This document shows positions 31,869 to 42,235 of a stretch of DNA of 64,000 bases, one piece after another (within the stretch, counting starts at the first letter, position 1; every line of letters begins with the position of its first letter). The position numbers and the translations under genes were made by a program. This stretch comes from an uncultured Actinomycetes bacterium (GTDB lineage Bacteria; Actinomycetota; Thermoleophilia; Gaiellales; Gaiellaceae), in contig OY969889.1 in the NCBI GenBank assembly GCA_963704335.1, positions 1,481,745 through 1,545,744 on the forward strand, read 5' to 3'. The notes under the pieces were generated by a model. It saw nothing but the letters and a program-made list of their open reading frames with translations. It was not told the origin of the DNA and searched no databases.

Positions 31869-33467
31869 AGCGGCACCCAGGAAGCCGATCTCCGCCTACT
31901 CGGTCGCGCGGCCTACATCGGCAAGGTGCTCACCAAGTACGGGCTCGGTGAGCGTGCGGCGGCCGACGTTCCGCTCGAGGAGCGCGCGAAGAGCCTCCGC
32001 AAGGCGCTCGAGGAGCTGGGGCCGACGTTCGCGAAGCTCGGCCAGATCCTCTCCACGCGGCCGGATCTCTTGCCGCCCGAGTTCATCGCCGAGCTCTCGA
32101 CGCTTCAGGATCAGGTGCCGCCGATGACCGAGGAAGAGGTCGTCGCCGTCATGGAGGAAGAGCTCCGCGTGCCGTGGGAGGACGTGTTCGAGAGCATCGA
32201 CCCCGAGCCGCTGGCCGCCGGCACCATCGGTCAGGTGCACGCGGCAACGCTCGAAGGCGGCGACCGCGTCGTCGTCAAGGTGCAGCGACACGGGGCGGAG
32301 GACGAGATCATGCGCGACCTCGGCCTGCTCGAGCTCTTCGCGGAGAAGGCGGAGCACCGCCGCGGCCTGCGACGGCTCGTCGACTTCCCCTCCGTCATTC
32401 GCCACCTCTCCGAGTCGCTGAAGCGCGAGCTCGACTTCCGCATGGAGGCGGCGAACGTCGACCGGCTCGGCGAGGTGCTCGAGCGCTACTCGCGCCTCGC
32501 GGTGCCGTCGGTCTACCACGAGCTCTCGAGCAAGCGACTGTTGGTGTTGAGCTTCGTAGACGGCGTGCCGGTAGCCCACGCGCCTGACGTCCCCGAGCGC
32601 AAGGATGCCGCCCGCCAGCTGATCGAGTCGTACTACCGGCAGGTGCTCATCGACGGCTTCTTCCACGCCGATCCGCACCCGGGCAACCTGCTCTGGTCGG
32701 ACGGCACTGTCTACTTCCTCGACTGCGGCATGGTCGGCGAGGTCGACCCGCGCATGCGGGAGCTGGTGCTGCTGCTCGTGATGGCCTTCTGGCAGGAGGA
32801 CGACGCGTTCCTCGCAGAGGTCGTGCTCCAGCTCGCCGAGCAGGAGCTGCCGGACGACTTCGACCTCAACGCCTTCGAGTCCGAGATCGGCGCGCTCGTC
32901 CAGAGCGTGCGCGGGCAGTCGTTGCAGGAGATCCAGCTGGGGCCGATCCTCCAGGGCATCACCGAGATCGCGGCTCGCCGCGATGTGCGCCTGCCGGCCG
33001 AGATGGCGCTGACGGCGAAGGCACTCGCACAGATGCAGCTGGCGGCCTCCGTGCTCGATCCCGAGCTAGACCCGTTCTCCGTCGTCGGACGCTTCCTCGC
33101 GCGCCGCCTCTTCGAGCGCGGGCGCGAGGCGGTCGACCCGAAGCGGGCGTTCTACGAGGTGCAGAAGCTGAAGGTGCGGCTCTCGGGGCTCGTGGAGGCG
33201 GTCGAACGCCTTGTGGGTGCTCGGCCGGGGCCGCGCTTTCAGGTCGACATGAAAGGGATGGGCAGCCTCGAGAACACCATCCGGCGGTCGACAAGGCGCA
33301 TCTCGCTCGCCATCACCGCCGCGGCCGCGATCATCTCCAGCGGTTTCACGCTGGGCCAGGACGGCGTCGACAAGTGGGTGCCCGCGCTGTTCGGCAGCAT
33401 CGGCCTGGTACTGCTCTTCCTGATGCTCGTAGACCTCTTCTGGAAGAGAGGCTCTAGCTCTTCTTGA
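31866..33467 (+). CDS. ABC1/UbiB-family atypical kinase
   Basis: ...LGPTFAKLGQILSTRPDLLPPEFIAELS.LQD.VPP...LAAGTIGQVH.A.L..G..VVVKVQR...FHADPHPGNL. C-terminal TM segments. Confidence 0.88.
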   Translation: MSGTQEADLRLLGRAAYIGKVLTKYGLGERAAADVPLEERAKSLRKALEELGPTFAKLGQILSTRPDLLPPEFIAELSTLQDQVPPMTEEEVVAVMEEELRVPWEDVFESIDPEPLAAGTIGQVHAATLEGGDRVVVKVQRHGAEDEIMRDLGLLELFAEKAEHRRGLRRLVDFPSVIRHLSESLKRELDFRMEAANVDRLGEVLERYSRLAVPSVYHELSSKRLLVLSFVDGVPVAHAPDVPERKDAARQLIESYYRQVLIDGFFHADPHPGNLLWSDGTVYFLDCGMVGEVDPRMRELVLLLVMAFWQEDDAFLAEVVLQLAEQELPDDFDLNAFESEIGALVQSVRGQSLQEIQLGPILQGITEIAARRDVRLPAEMALTAKALAQMQLAASVLDPELDPFSVVGRFLARRLFERGREAVDPKRAFYEVQKLKVRLSGLVEAVERLVGARPGPRFQVDMKGMGSLENTIRRSTRRISLAITAAAAIISSGFTLGQDGVDKWVPALFGSIGLVLLFLMLVDLFWKRGSSSS

Positions 33468-33563
33468 GCAGCTTCGCGAGGCGGCGTTCGAGCATGAATG
33501 CGATCGCTGTCATGGCGATGCCGAGCAGCAAGCGCTCGGCCCGGTGGACGATCCGTGGGGCCT

Positions 33564-34526
33564 TCACCCGTCGAGCTCTTCGGGCGTGACTTCGACGTCG
33601 ATCGGGACGCCCTGGCGAACGACTGTCACCGTCAGCGTCTGACCGATCAGCTCCTCCGTCATCACGCGCTGCAGGTCGCCCGCGCTCGACACGGGCGTGC
33701 CGTCGAGGGCGACGATCAAGTCCTCCGGCCTGAGCCCTGCCTTCGCGGCTGGGCTGCCGTCGACCACCTCGACGACTTCCACGGCGTTACGCCGTCCGAG
33801 CTCGCCGGCGAGCCGGGGAGGCACGGGGCGCGGGCCGCCCGCGATGCCGAGATAGGCACGGCGGAAGCGGCCATCGCGCATCAGCGCGCCCACGATCCGC
33901 CGGGTCGTGTCGTTGATCGGCACCGCCAGGCCGAGCCCGACGCCGGCGACGGCAGTGTTGATGCCCACGACGCGCGCCGATGCGTCCGCGAGCGCGCCGC
34001 CCGAGTTGCCGGGATTGAGAGCGGCATCGGTCTGCACGACGTTCTCCACGATCCGGCCGGCAGCCGTCGGCAGCGATCGGCCTAGAGCCGAAACGACACC
34101 GGCAGTCACGGAGCCGGCGAAGCCGTGCGGGTTGCCGATCGCGACGACGAGCTGGCCGACCTGGAGGCGATCGGCGTCGCCGAGCGTCGCGGGGGTCACG
34201 TCGTGGGCCGTGACCCGGAGCACCGCCAGGTCGGAGAGGCGATCGGTCCCGACGACGTCGAAGTCGAGCTCCCGCCCGTCCACGAACGCGGCCGTCCCGC
34301 CGTCCGCTCCGTCGACGACGTGTGCGGAAGTGAGCACGTAGCCGTCGGGCGTCACCGCGACGCCGCTGCCGCCGCTGCCCACCCGCCGCCCGTTGAGCCG
34401 GCGCCGGACCTGGAGATTGGCGACGGACGGAGACAGCATTCGGGCAACGTCCGTCACGACGCGCGAGTACGCGTCGAGCGGCTCCTCGACCTCGCGAACG
34501 TCGCTGATCAGCTCTAACCGCGCCAT
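33564..34526 (-). CDS. HtrA/DegP-type trypsin-like serine protease with C-terminal PDZ domain
   Basis: Catalytic triad contexts TSAHVV, DLAVLRV, GNSGGAL. PDZ-like ...VVEVVDGSPAAKAGLRPEDLIVALDG. No obvious signal peptide. Confidence 0.85.
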   Translation of the reverse strand: MARLELISDVREVEEPLDAYSRVVTDVARMLSPSVANLQVRRRLNGRRVGSGGSGVAVTPDGYVLTSAHVVDGADGGTAAFVDGRELDFDVVGTDRLSDLAVLRVTAHDVTPATLGDADRLQVGQLVVAIGNPHGFAGSVTAGVVSALGRSLPTAAGRIVENVVQTDAALNPGNSGGALADASARVVGINTAVAGVGLGLAVPINDTTRRIVGALMRDGRFRRAYLGIAGGPRPVPPRLAGELGRRNAVEVVEVVDGSPAAKAGLRPEDLIVALDGTPVSSAGDLQRVMTEELIGQTLTVTVVRQGVPIDVEVTPEELDG

Positions 34527-34592
34527 CCAGCCACGCTAGCAATCGCCAATCGGGTGGCCGAAAGGTGAACGCTGATTTGTAAGAGTCTCTTC

Positions 34593-35996
34593 GTGGCGGA
34601 CCTCCTCGCGATAACGACGGTCGACCTCGCGCGCCTCCAATTCGCGACGACCTCGCTGTACCACTTCCTGTTCGTCCCGTTGACGCTCGGCCTGGCGCCG
34701 CTCGTCGCGATCATGCAGACGCTCTGGTACCGAAGCGGCAACGAAGCCTGGCTGCGGCTCGCCCGCTTCTTCGGGACGCTCATGCTGATCAACTTCGTGA
34801 TCGGCGTCGCGACGGGGCTCGTCCAGGAGTTCCAGTTCGGGATGAACTGGTCGATCTACTCGGAGTTCGTGGGCGATGTCTTCGGCGCCCCGCTCGCGAT
34901 CGAGGGGCTTGCGGCATTCATGCTCGAGTCGACGTTCCTCGGCCTCTGGATCTTCGGCTGGGACCGGCTGTCGCGGCGCGTCCACCTCGCCACGATCTGG
35001 ATCTTCGCGCTGGCGAGCTGGGCGTCGGCCTTCTTCATCATCAGCGCCAACTCCTGGATGCAGCGGCCCGTCGGCTCGACCGTCACCGACGGCCGTGCTG
35101 AGCTGACGGACGTCTGGGAGCTCTTCTCGAACCGCTTCGGCATCTGGGCGTACATCCACGTGCTGCTCGTGGGTCTCACCACGGCGGCCGTCGTCGTCTT
35201 CGGCGTTGCCTGCTGGCACCTCGTCCGGGGGCGGAATCAGGAGCTCTTCCGGCATGCGGCGAAGCTCGCCCTCATCGTGGGTCTCCCGATCTCGGCGGTA
35301 AACCTCGGAGTCGGCAGCCAGATGGGCGTCATAGTCACCGACTACCAGCCGATGAAGATCGCTTCGACCGAGGCGCAGTGGGACACGTGCCAGCCGTGCG
35401 CGTTCTCGCTCATCCAGATCGGCGGTTTCACCGAGGACGACCAGACACCGTCCTTCTCGATTCAGGTCCCGCATCTCCTGTCGATACTCGCGACCCTTTC
35501 GTGGAACGGCGAGGTGCAGGGGATGAACTCGCTCCAGGCGTCCGACGAAGCGAAATACGGCGCTGGCGACTACGTCCCGCCCGTGCGGACGACCTACTGG
35601 AGCATGCGGATCATGGCGTACGCCGGCACGCTCGTCTTCCTCGTCATGGCGCTCGGCGCCTTCCTCTACCGGCGCGGCAAGCTCGAGGCCAAGCGCTGGT
35701 TCCTGTGGGCAGGCGTCCTCTCGATTCCGCTCCCCTATGCCGCAGCGCTCGCCGGCTGGGTGCTCTCGGAGGTCGGCCGCCAGCCGTGGATCGTGTGGGG
35801 GCTGCTGAAGACTGTCGATGCCAACTCTCCCAGCGTGTCGACGGCCACCATCGCCACCAGCCTGGGCACGTTCGTCGTCCTCTACATCGCGCTCCTGGTC
35901 GTCGACTTCATCCTCATGCGCCGCTACGCGCGTGTCGACCCCCCCGAGGTCGGCGGTGAAGGCGACGAGTTCGCGCTGCCGACGGTGACCTACTGA
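34593..35996 (+). CDS. cydA: cytochrome bd ubiquinol oxidase subunit I
   Basis: ...LARLQFATTSLYHFLFVPLTLGL...GPLAIEGLAAFMLESTF...EVGRQPW match CydA signatures. GTG start. Confidence 0.93.
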   Translation: MADLLAITTVDLARLQFATTSLYHFLFVPLTLGLAPLVAIMQTLWYRSGNEAWLRLARFFGTLMLINFVIGVATGLVQEFQFGMNWSIYSEFVGDVFGAPLAIEGLAAFMLESTFLGLWIFGWDRLSRRVHLATIWIFALASWASAFFIISANSWMQRPVGSTVTDGRAELTDVWELFSNRFGIWAYIHVLLVGLTTAAVVVFGVACWHLVRGRNQELFRHAAKLALIVGLPISAVNLGVGSQMGVIVTDYQPMKIASTEAQWDTCQPCAFSLIQIGGFTEDDQTPSFSIQVPHLLSILATLSWNGEVQGMNSLQASDEAKYGAGDYVPPVRTTYWSMRIMAYAGTLVFLVMALGAFLYRRGKLEAKRWFLWAGVLSIPLPYAAALAGWVLSEVGRQPWIVWGLLKTVDANSPSVSTATIATSLGTFVVLYIALLVVDFILMRRYARVDPPEVGGEGDEFALPTVTY

Positions 35997-37054
35997 TGGA
36001 TCTCGAGACCTTCTGGTTCGTCGTCATCGTCGTCGTCTGGTCGATGTACTTCCTGCTCGAGGGGTTCGACTTCGGGGTGGGCATGCTGCTCCCGTTCGTT
36101 CCGCGAGACGACGAAGAGAAGGGCACGGCGCTGGGGACGATCGGACCGTTCTGGGACGGGAACGAGGTCTGGCTCGTCATCGCAGGAGGCGCCACATTCG
36201 CCGCGTTCCCGGCCTGGTACGCGACGATGTTCTCGGGGTTCTACCTCGCGCTCCTGCTCATCCTCTTCTTCCTGATCATCCGCGTCGTCTCCTTCGAGTG
36301 GCGATCGAAGAGCGAGAGCCCGGGCTGGCGCTCGACGTGGACGTGGGCGAACACGATCGGCAGCTTCGGCGTGCCGCTGCTCTGGGGAATCGGGCTGTCG
36401 TGCCTCGTGTACGGCGTCCCGATCGACGCGGACGGCGACTTCACCGGCAACGTGCTCGATCTCTTCAGCCCATACAGCGTGTTCGCTGGAATCGCGTTCG
36501 TGGCGCTCTTCGCGTTCCACGGCGCGACGTTCCTCACGCTTCGCACGACGGGCGAGATGCGCAGCCGCGCCGAGGCGGCCGCCCGGAGGCTTGCGATCCC
36601 GGCCGCTGTGCTGGGCGCGACGTACGTCGTCTGGACCGTCGCGGTCGCAATGGACCGCAACGAGAAGGATCTCTTCCCGCCGGTGTTACCCGCAGCGGTC
36701 GCGATCGCGGCGCTTGCGCTCGCCGTCGCCTTCCTGCTCGCGGGGTGGGGCGGCCGCGCGTTCGCGATGACGGCGCTGGCCACGATCGGCGTCGTCGCGA
36801 CATTGTTTACTAGCCTGTATCCGCGAGTGATGGTGTCGAGCACGGACTTCGCGAACAGCCTCACCGTCGACAGCGCGGCGTCGTCTCACTACGCGCTACA
36901 GGTGATGACCGTGGTCGCCGTGATCTTCGTGCCCATCATCCTCCTCTACCAGGGCTGGGCCTACTACGTCTTCAGAGGCCGCCTGGAGGGCCGGCAGCTC
37001 ACCATGCCGCAGGACGGCGGACCCGCCGGTAGCGAAGGCGCGCCCGCGCCGTGA
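35996..37054 (+). CDS. cydB: cytochrome bd ubiquinol oxidase subunit II
   Basis: MDLETFWFVVIVVVWSMYFLLEGFDFGVGMLLPF...WDGNEVWL is the CydB N-terminal signature. TGATG overlap with cydA. Confidence 0.93.
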   Translation: MDLETFWFVVIVVVWSMYFLLEGFDFGVGMLLPFVPRDDEEKGTALGTIGPFWDGNEVWLVIAGGATFAAFPAWYATMFSGFYLALLLILFFLIIRVVSFEWRSKSESPGWRSTWTWANTIGSFGVPLLWGIGLSCLVYGVPIDADGDFTGNVLDLFSPYSVFAGIAFVALFAFHGATFLTLRTTGEMRSRAEAAARRLAIPAAVLGATYVVWTVAVAMDRNEKDLFPPVLPAAVAIAALALAVAFLLAGWGGRAFAMTALATIGVVATLFTSLYPRVMVSSTDFANSLTVDSAASSHYALQVMTVVAVIFVPIILLYQGWAYYVFRGRLEGRQLTMPQDGGPAGSEGAPAP

Positions 37055-38331
37055 GCGACGTCACAGAGGCTCGTACCCAGCGACCGCGCGTCGTCATCCT
37101 CGGCGGCGGCTTCGCCGGTGTCGGCGCCGTGCAGAAGCTGAAGGACGCCGAGGCGGACGTCGTGCTCGTCGACAAGCACGACTACCACACGTTCCAGCCG
37201 CTGATCTACCAGCTCGCGACGGGCCTGGTCGAGGCCACCGTCGTCGGGCACTCGCTGCGCGACCTCGTCCACGGGCACGACAACGCGACCATTCACAAGG
37301 CCCACGTCACCGGTATCGATCTCGAGGAGCGGACGGTGCAGTTCGAGGAGCTCGAGCCTCTGACGTACGACTATCTCGTGCTCGCTTTGGGGGCGGAAGT
37401 CAACTTCTTCGGAACAGAAGGCGCGGCCGAGCACGCCCACCCGATGTACACGCTGGCGGACGCGCTGCGACTCAGGGATCACCTGCTCAAGCGATGGGAT
37501 GCCGTGGACAAGGACCCGAGCCTCGTGCAGGACGGCGCGTTGAACGTCGTCGTCGTGGGCGGCGGGCCGACCGGCGTCGAGACCGCTGGCGCGCTGGCGG
37601 AGCTCTACCGCGCGGAGCTGGCCGAGGACTATCCCAACGTGTCGCCGGAAGACGCTCGCATCGTTCTTGTCGAGGCCGGCCCGGAGCTCTTCTCGATGTT
37701 CAAGCCGGACCTTCGCACCTACGCGACGGAAGCCCTCACGAAGCGAACGGTCGAGGTGATGACGGGGGAGAGGGTCGCGTCGATCGCACCGACCCGCGTC
37801 ACCCTCCAGTCGGGGAAGGTGCTCGAGGCGCACACGCTCGTGTGGGGCGCCGGCCTGTCCGGTAACCAGCTCGTGCAGTCGCTCGGCTTCGAGTTGCAGC
37901 GGGGCAACCGCATCGGTGTCGGTCCCGAGCTCGACCTTCCGGATCATCCCGAGGTCTACGTCGTCGGGGACGTCGCCGCGATCACCGACGCGAAGACGGA
38001 GCAGGTGCTCCCTCAGCTCGGGTCCGTTGCCCTGCAGTCGGGAGAGCATGTGGGCGAACTGATCTCCCGCCGCATCGCCGGCAAGAAGACCAAGCCGTTC
38101 GAATACAAGGACAAGGGGACGATGGCCGCGATCGGGCGTGGTGCGGCAGTCGTCCAGATGCTGGGCGGGAAGACCATGAAGGGCAGGAAGGCGAAGCTGG
38201 CGTGGTTGACCGTGCATGCAGCGCTTCTGCCGACCAACGAGGACCGCGCGAAGGCGTTGGTCGATTGGGCGGGCTCCAGTCTCACGCACACTCGCGCCGG
38301 CCGGTTCACCGTGGACCTCAACGAGGACTAG
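37051..38331 (+). CDS. ndh: type II NADH dehydrogenase (NDH-2)
   Basis: GTGA overlap. ...RVVILGGGFAGV...VLVDKHDYHTFQPLIYQ...VVVGGGPTGVE..GAL...GD. are the two Rossmann motifs of NDH-2. Confidence 0.88.
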   Translation: MSDVTEARTQRPRVVILGGGFAGVGAVQKLKDAEADVVLVDKHDYHTFQPLIYQLATGLVEATVVGHSLRDLVHGHDNATIHKAHVTGIDLEERTVQFEELEPLTYDYLVLALGAEVNFFGTEGAAEHAHPMYTLADALRLRDHLLKRWDAVDKDPSLVQDGALNVVVVGGGPTGVETAGALAELYRAELAEDYPNVSPEDARIVLVEAGPELFSMFKPDLRTYATEALTKRTVEVMTGERVASIAPTRVTLQSGKVLEAHTLVWGAGLSGNQLVQSLGFELQRGNRIGVGPELDLPDHPEVYVVGDVAAITDAKTEQVLPQLGSVALQSGEHVGELISRRIAGKKTKPFEYKDKGTMAAIGRGAAVVQMLGGKTMKGRKAKLAWLTVHAALLPTNEDRAKALVDWAGSSLTHTRAGRFTVDLNED

Positions 38332-38340
38332 GAGAGAGAG

Positions 38341-38718
38341 ATGGCAGACGTAGTCGCCGTAGTCCTCGACAGCCTGGCTGCGCGTGGCCACGAGCCGCGG
38401 CTCAAGGGCATGACTGCCGCGGTGCGCTTCGACGTGTTGGACGGGCGACGGACACAGCACTGGCTCCTCACCGTGGAGAACGGAGACATCCAGCTCTCTC
38501 AAAAGAACGCGGCAGCCGACCTCGTCATCCGCTGCGAGCGGGCGCTGGCCGACCGGCTCTTCACCGGAAAGGCGAACGCGATGTCGGCAGTGCTGCGCGG
38601 CGAGCTGAGCATAGAAGGCAGCGCGGACCTGCTCGTGCTGATACAGCGGCTTCTGCCTAGACCGCGCGCAGCCCGTCAGAAAGAGGTCGCCGCCGGCTAC
38701 GCGAGGGGGTCGCGATGA
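38341..38718 (+). CDS. SCP2 sterol-carrier-like domain protein
   Basis: 125 aa. ...VRFDVLDGRRTQHWLLTVENGDIQLS...ADLVIRCERALADRLFTGKANAMSAVLRGELSIEGSADLLVLIQRL fits the SCP2 pattern. Confidence 0.7.
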   Translation: MADVVAVVLDSLAARGHEPRLKGMTAAVRFDVLDGRRTQHWLLTVENGDIQLSQKNAAADLVIRCERALADRLFTGKANAMSAVLRGELSIEGSADLLVLIQRLLPRPRAARQKEVAAGYARGSR

Positions 38719-40805
38719 GCGAGGTCAAGATTCTCGACGGCAACACGTTCGTCGTCAGTGACGACCGCGGGGACATCGAGGCATCGCCCATCGATGCCAC
38801 CGGACTCTTCTCGTTCGACACTCGCTTCCTCTCGACCTGGGTGTTGTCGGTGAACGGCGAGAGGCTCAACGCGCTCTCGGTCGACGACCTCCAGTACTTC
38901 GAGACCCGCTTCTTTCTCGTGCCCGGGACGGGGACCGTCTACGTCGACGCGAAGCTGTCCGTGATTCGCCGGCGCACCGTCGGCGGCGGCTTCCACGAAG
39001 AGCTGACCATCCTCAATCACAGCGACAAGCCGGTACGGCTCGAGGTTCGCCTCGATGCGGGTTGCGACTTCGCGGATCTGTTCGAGGTCAAAGACGCGCT
39101 GAAGAAGAAAGGCAAGTACTACGCCCGCGTCACCGGCGGACGCCTCGTGCTCGGCTACGAGCGGAAGACGTTCAGGCGAGAGACCTCCATCTCGGCATCG
39201 ACCCCTGCCAAGGTGGACAAGAACGGCTTGACCTTCACGGTGCGGTTGAAACCCCAGGCCTCCTGGCAGACCGAGCTGGACGTCGTCCCCGTACTCGGCT
39301 CCTACTCGAGAGCCGGGGTGATGACCGCGGCCCAGCGCCGATCGAAGCTGACCATGGAGCAGGATCTTCGGCGGTGGCTCGACGACGCGCCGCGGGTCGA
39401 GTGCGACTGGGAGCCGCTGAAGGCGACGTACCGGCGCAGCCTCATCGATATGGCCGCCCTACGTTTCTCGCCGCCCGTCGCAGGTGGCGCCAGCCTGCCT
39501 GCCGCCGGCCTGCCCTGGTTCATGACGATGTTCGGCCGGGACAGCATCTTCACGAGCCTCCAGGCGGTCCCGTTCGTCCCCGAGCTTGCAGCGACGACCC
39601 TGCGCGCGCTCGGCGCCTGGCAGGGCAGCGGGCTGGACGACTTCCGTGACGAGGACCCCGGTCGCATCCTGCACGAGATGCGCTACGGAGAGATGACGGC
39701 CTTCGAGGAACGGCCGCACTCGCCCTACTACGGCTCCGCAGACGCCACTCCGCTCTATGTGGTGTTGCTCGACGAGTACGAGCGCTGGACCGGCGACCGC
39801 AGGACCGTCCGAGAGCTCGAGCACGAGGCGAGGGCTGCCCTCAACTGGATCGACGAGTATGCCGATCTGCTCGGCACCGGCTACGTCTGGTACCAGCGCC
39901 GCAACGAGAAGACGGGCCTCGAGAACCAGTGCTGGAAGGACTCCTGGGACTCCATCTCCTACCGAGACGGCCGGCTCCCGGGCTTTCCGCGGGCGACGTG
40001 CGAGCTGCAAGGCTACGCGTACGACGCGAAGCTGCGCGGTGCCCGCCTGGCGCGCCTCGTCTGGAAGGACCCGGACTTCGCGGACCGCCTAGAGCGGGAG
40101 GCCGCCGACCTCAAGCGGCGCTTCAACCGCGATTTCTGGGTGGAAGACGGCGAGTACTTCGCTCTGGCTCTCGACACGGACGGGAAGCAGGTGGACGCCC
40201 TCGCCTCGAACAACGGCCATCTGCTCTGGAGCGGCATCGTGGATCAGACCAAGGCAAAGGCGGTCGCGGAGCACCTGCTGGGGCCGAAGCTCTTCTGCGG
40301 CTGGGGCGTGCGTACGCTGGCCGAGGGCGAAGCGCGATACAACCCCATCGGGTACCACGTCGGCACGGTCTGGCCCTTCGACAACTCCTTCATCGCGTGG
40401 GGCCTGCGCCGATACGGGTTCAAGGAGGAGGCAGCCCGTATCGCCGCCGGCATCCTCGACGCTGCCGACTTCTTCGCCGGGCGCCTGCCCGAGGCGTTCG
40501 GGGGCTACCCGCGGCAGCAGACGAAGTACCCGGTGCAGTACCCGACGGCGTGCAGCCCGCAGGCATGGTCGACCGGCACGCCGTTACTGCTGCTGCGGAC
40601 GATGCTGGGTCTCGAGCCCAAGGACGAGCATCTCGTGATGGACCCGGCGCTGCCGAGCCACATCGGCCACCTCGAGCTGCTCGACATCCCCGGGCGGTGG
40701 GGTCGGATCGACGCGTTCGGCCGCGGGCGAGTCGACGTCAGCGCGCAACCGACGCCTCGCCCGCGGGCGAAGCGGCGCCCGAAATCGAGAGGAGTGAGCA
40801 CATGA
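38715..40805 (+). CDS. amylo-alpha-1,6-glucosidase / glycogen-debranching-type protein (GDE_N_bis + GDE_C)
   Basis: [22 protein letters not shown]...[16 protein letters not shown]...; C-terminal (alpha/alpha)6 part ...[10 protein letters not shown]...[12 protein letters not shown]...[12 protein letters not shown]. Confidence 0.82.
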   Translation: MSEVKILDGNTFVVSDDRGDIEASPIDATGLFSFDTRFLSTWVLSVNGERLNALSVDDLQYFETRFFLVPGTGTVYVDAKLSVIRRRTVGGGFHEELTILNHSDKPVRLEVRLDAGCDFADLFEVKDALKKKGKYYARVTGGRLVLGYERKTFRRETSISASTPAKVDKNGLTFTVRLKPQASWQTELDVVPVLGSYSRAGVMTAAQRRSKLTMEQDLRRWLDDAPRVECDWEPLKATYRRSLIDMAALRFSPPVAGGASLPAAGLPWFMTMFGRDSIFTSLQAVPFVPELAATTLRALGAWQGSGLDDFRDEDPGRILHEMRYGEMTAFEERPHSPYYGSADATPLYVVLLDEYERWTGDRRTVRELEHEARAALNWIDEYADLLGTGYVWYQRRNEKTGLENQCWKDSWDSISYRDGRLPGFPRATCELQGYAYDAKLRGARLARLVWKDPDFADRLEREAADLKRRFNRDFWVEDGEYFALALDTDGKQVDALASNNGHLLWSGIVDQTKAKAVAEHLLGPKLFCGWGVRTLAEGEARYNPIGYHVGTVWPFDNSFIAWGLRRYGFKEEAARIAAGILDAADFFAGRLPEAFGGYPRQQTKYPVQYPTACSPQAWSTGTPLLLLRTMLGLEPKDEHLVMDPALPSHIGHLELLDIPGRWGRIDAFGRGRVDVSAQPTPRPRAKRRPKSRGVST

Positions 40806-42235
40806 GCGCAACAGCAGCTCCACAATCGACCGCCGCTGCGAGAGACGTCGATCCGCAGCCGGCCGATGTCCTCGTGATCTTCGGAATCACGGGCGACCTC
40901 GCGCGCGTCATGACGTTCCAGGCGCTCTACCGGCTCGAGAAGCGGGGGCTCCTCGACTGCCCCATCGTCGGCGTAGCCTTCGACGACTGGACGCTCGAGC
41001 AGCTCGTGCAACGCGCGCGCGACTCCATCGTCGCCACGGGCGAGCAGCTCGACGAGGAGGTCTTCACGCGGTTCGCGAAGCGGCTGTCGTACCGGCACGG
41101 AGACTTCACGGACGACGCCACGTATGCCCAGGTGGCGGACGCCATCGAGGGCGCGAAGACCCCGGTCTTCTACCTCGAGGTGCCACCATCGCTCTTCGGC
41201 ACGGTCGTCGGCGGCCTCGCGAAGGCCGGCGTGACGGCGAACGCAAGGGTCGTCGTCGAGAAGCCGTTCGGGCACGACCAGGCTTCGGCTCGCGCGCTCG
41301 CCGAGGAGCTGCACCAGTACATCGACGAGTCGCAGCTCCTCCGCATCGACCATTACCTCGGGAAGATGGGCCTCGAGGAGATCCTCTTCATCCGGTTCGC
41401 GAACACGATGCTCGAGCCGGTCTGGAACCGGAACTACGTCGCCTCCGTCCAGATCACCATGGCCGAGGACTTCGGCGTCGATGACCGGGGCCACTTCTAC
41501 GACCCGGTCGGTGCGCTGCGGGACGTCGTGGTCAACCACCTGATGCAGGTCGTCGGTGCGACCGCGATGGAGCCGCCGGCTGGCGGCGATACGAAGACGC
41601 TCCAGGACTCGAAGCTCTCGCTCTATCGCGCGATCAAGCCGGCCGATCCCGCGCACTACGTGCGAGGGCAGTACGACGGCTACCTGGCCATCGACGGCGT
41701 GGCGCCGGACTCGAGCACCGAGACCTACGCCGCGCTTCGCCTGGAGATCGAGAACTGGCGCTGGGCCGGTGTTCCCTTTTTCATCCGCGCCGGCAAACGA
41801 TTGCCGGTAACCCAGACGGAGGTCCGACTGGTGTTCAAGCACCCGCCGCGCCTCGGCTTCGCAGCGCTCCACGAGCGACCGGAGCCCAACCAGCTCGTGA
41901 TCAAGCTCGATCCTTCGACGGGCGTCAGGATCGTCCTCGACGCGCATCGCGCAGACGTGGGGAAGCCTGCGCCGATTCTGTTCGACGTCGAGTTCTCGGA
42001 GATGGGCGGGGAGGGCGCACCTCCGTACGAGGTCCTGCTTCACGCGGCGCTGGTCGGACAGACCACGCGCTTCACGAGGCAGGACGGCGTCGAGGAGACA
42101 TGGCGGATCATGCAGCCGTTACTCGACTCGCCGCCTCCCGTGCATGTGTACGAGCCGGGCTCCTGGGGCCCCGAGGCTGCGAACGAGCTCGTGGCCGGGC
42201 ACGGTCGCTGGCGCGACCCCTGGATCGTGTCGTGA
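40802..42235 (+). CDS. zwf: glucose-6-phosphate dehydrogenase
   Basis: ATGA overlap. ...[23 protein letters not shown]...[20 protein letters not shown]...[16 protein letters not shown] are Zwf signatures. Confidence 0.9.
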   Translation: MSATAAPQSTAAARDVDPQPADVLVIFGITGDLARVMTFQALYRLEKRGLLDCPIVGVAFDDWTLEQLVQRARDSIVATGEQLDEEVFTRFAKRLSYRHGDFTDDATYAQVADAIEGAKTPVFYLEVPPSLFGTVVGGLAKAGVTANARVVVEKPFGHDQASARALAEELHQYIDESQLLRIDHYLGKMGLEEILFIRFANTMLEPVWNRNYVASVQITMAEDFGVDDRGHFYDPVGALRDVVVNHLMQVVGATAMEPPAGGDTKTLQDSKLSLYRAIKPADPAHYVRGQYDGYLAIDGVAPDSSTETYAALRLEIENWRWAGVPFFIRAGKRLPVTQTEVRLVFKHPPRLGFAALHERPEPNQLVIKLDPSTGVRIVLDAHRADVGKPAPILFDVEFSEMGGEGAPPYEVLLHAALVGQTTRFTRQDGVEETWRIMQPLLDSPPPVHVYEPGSWGPEAANELVAGHGRWRDPWIVS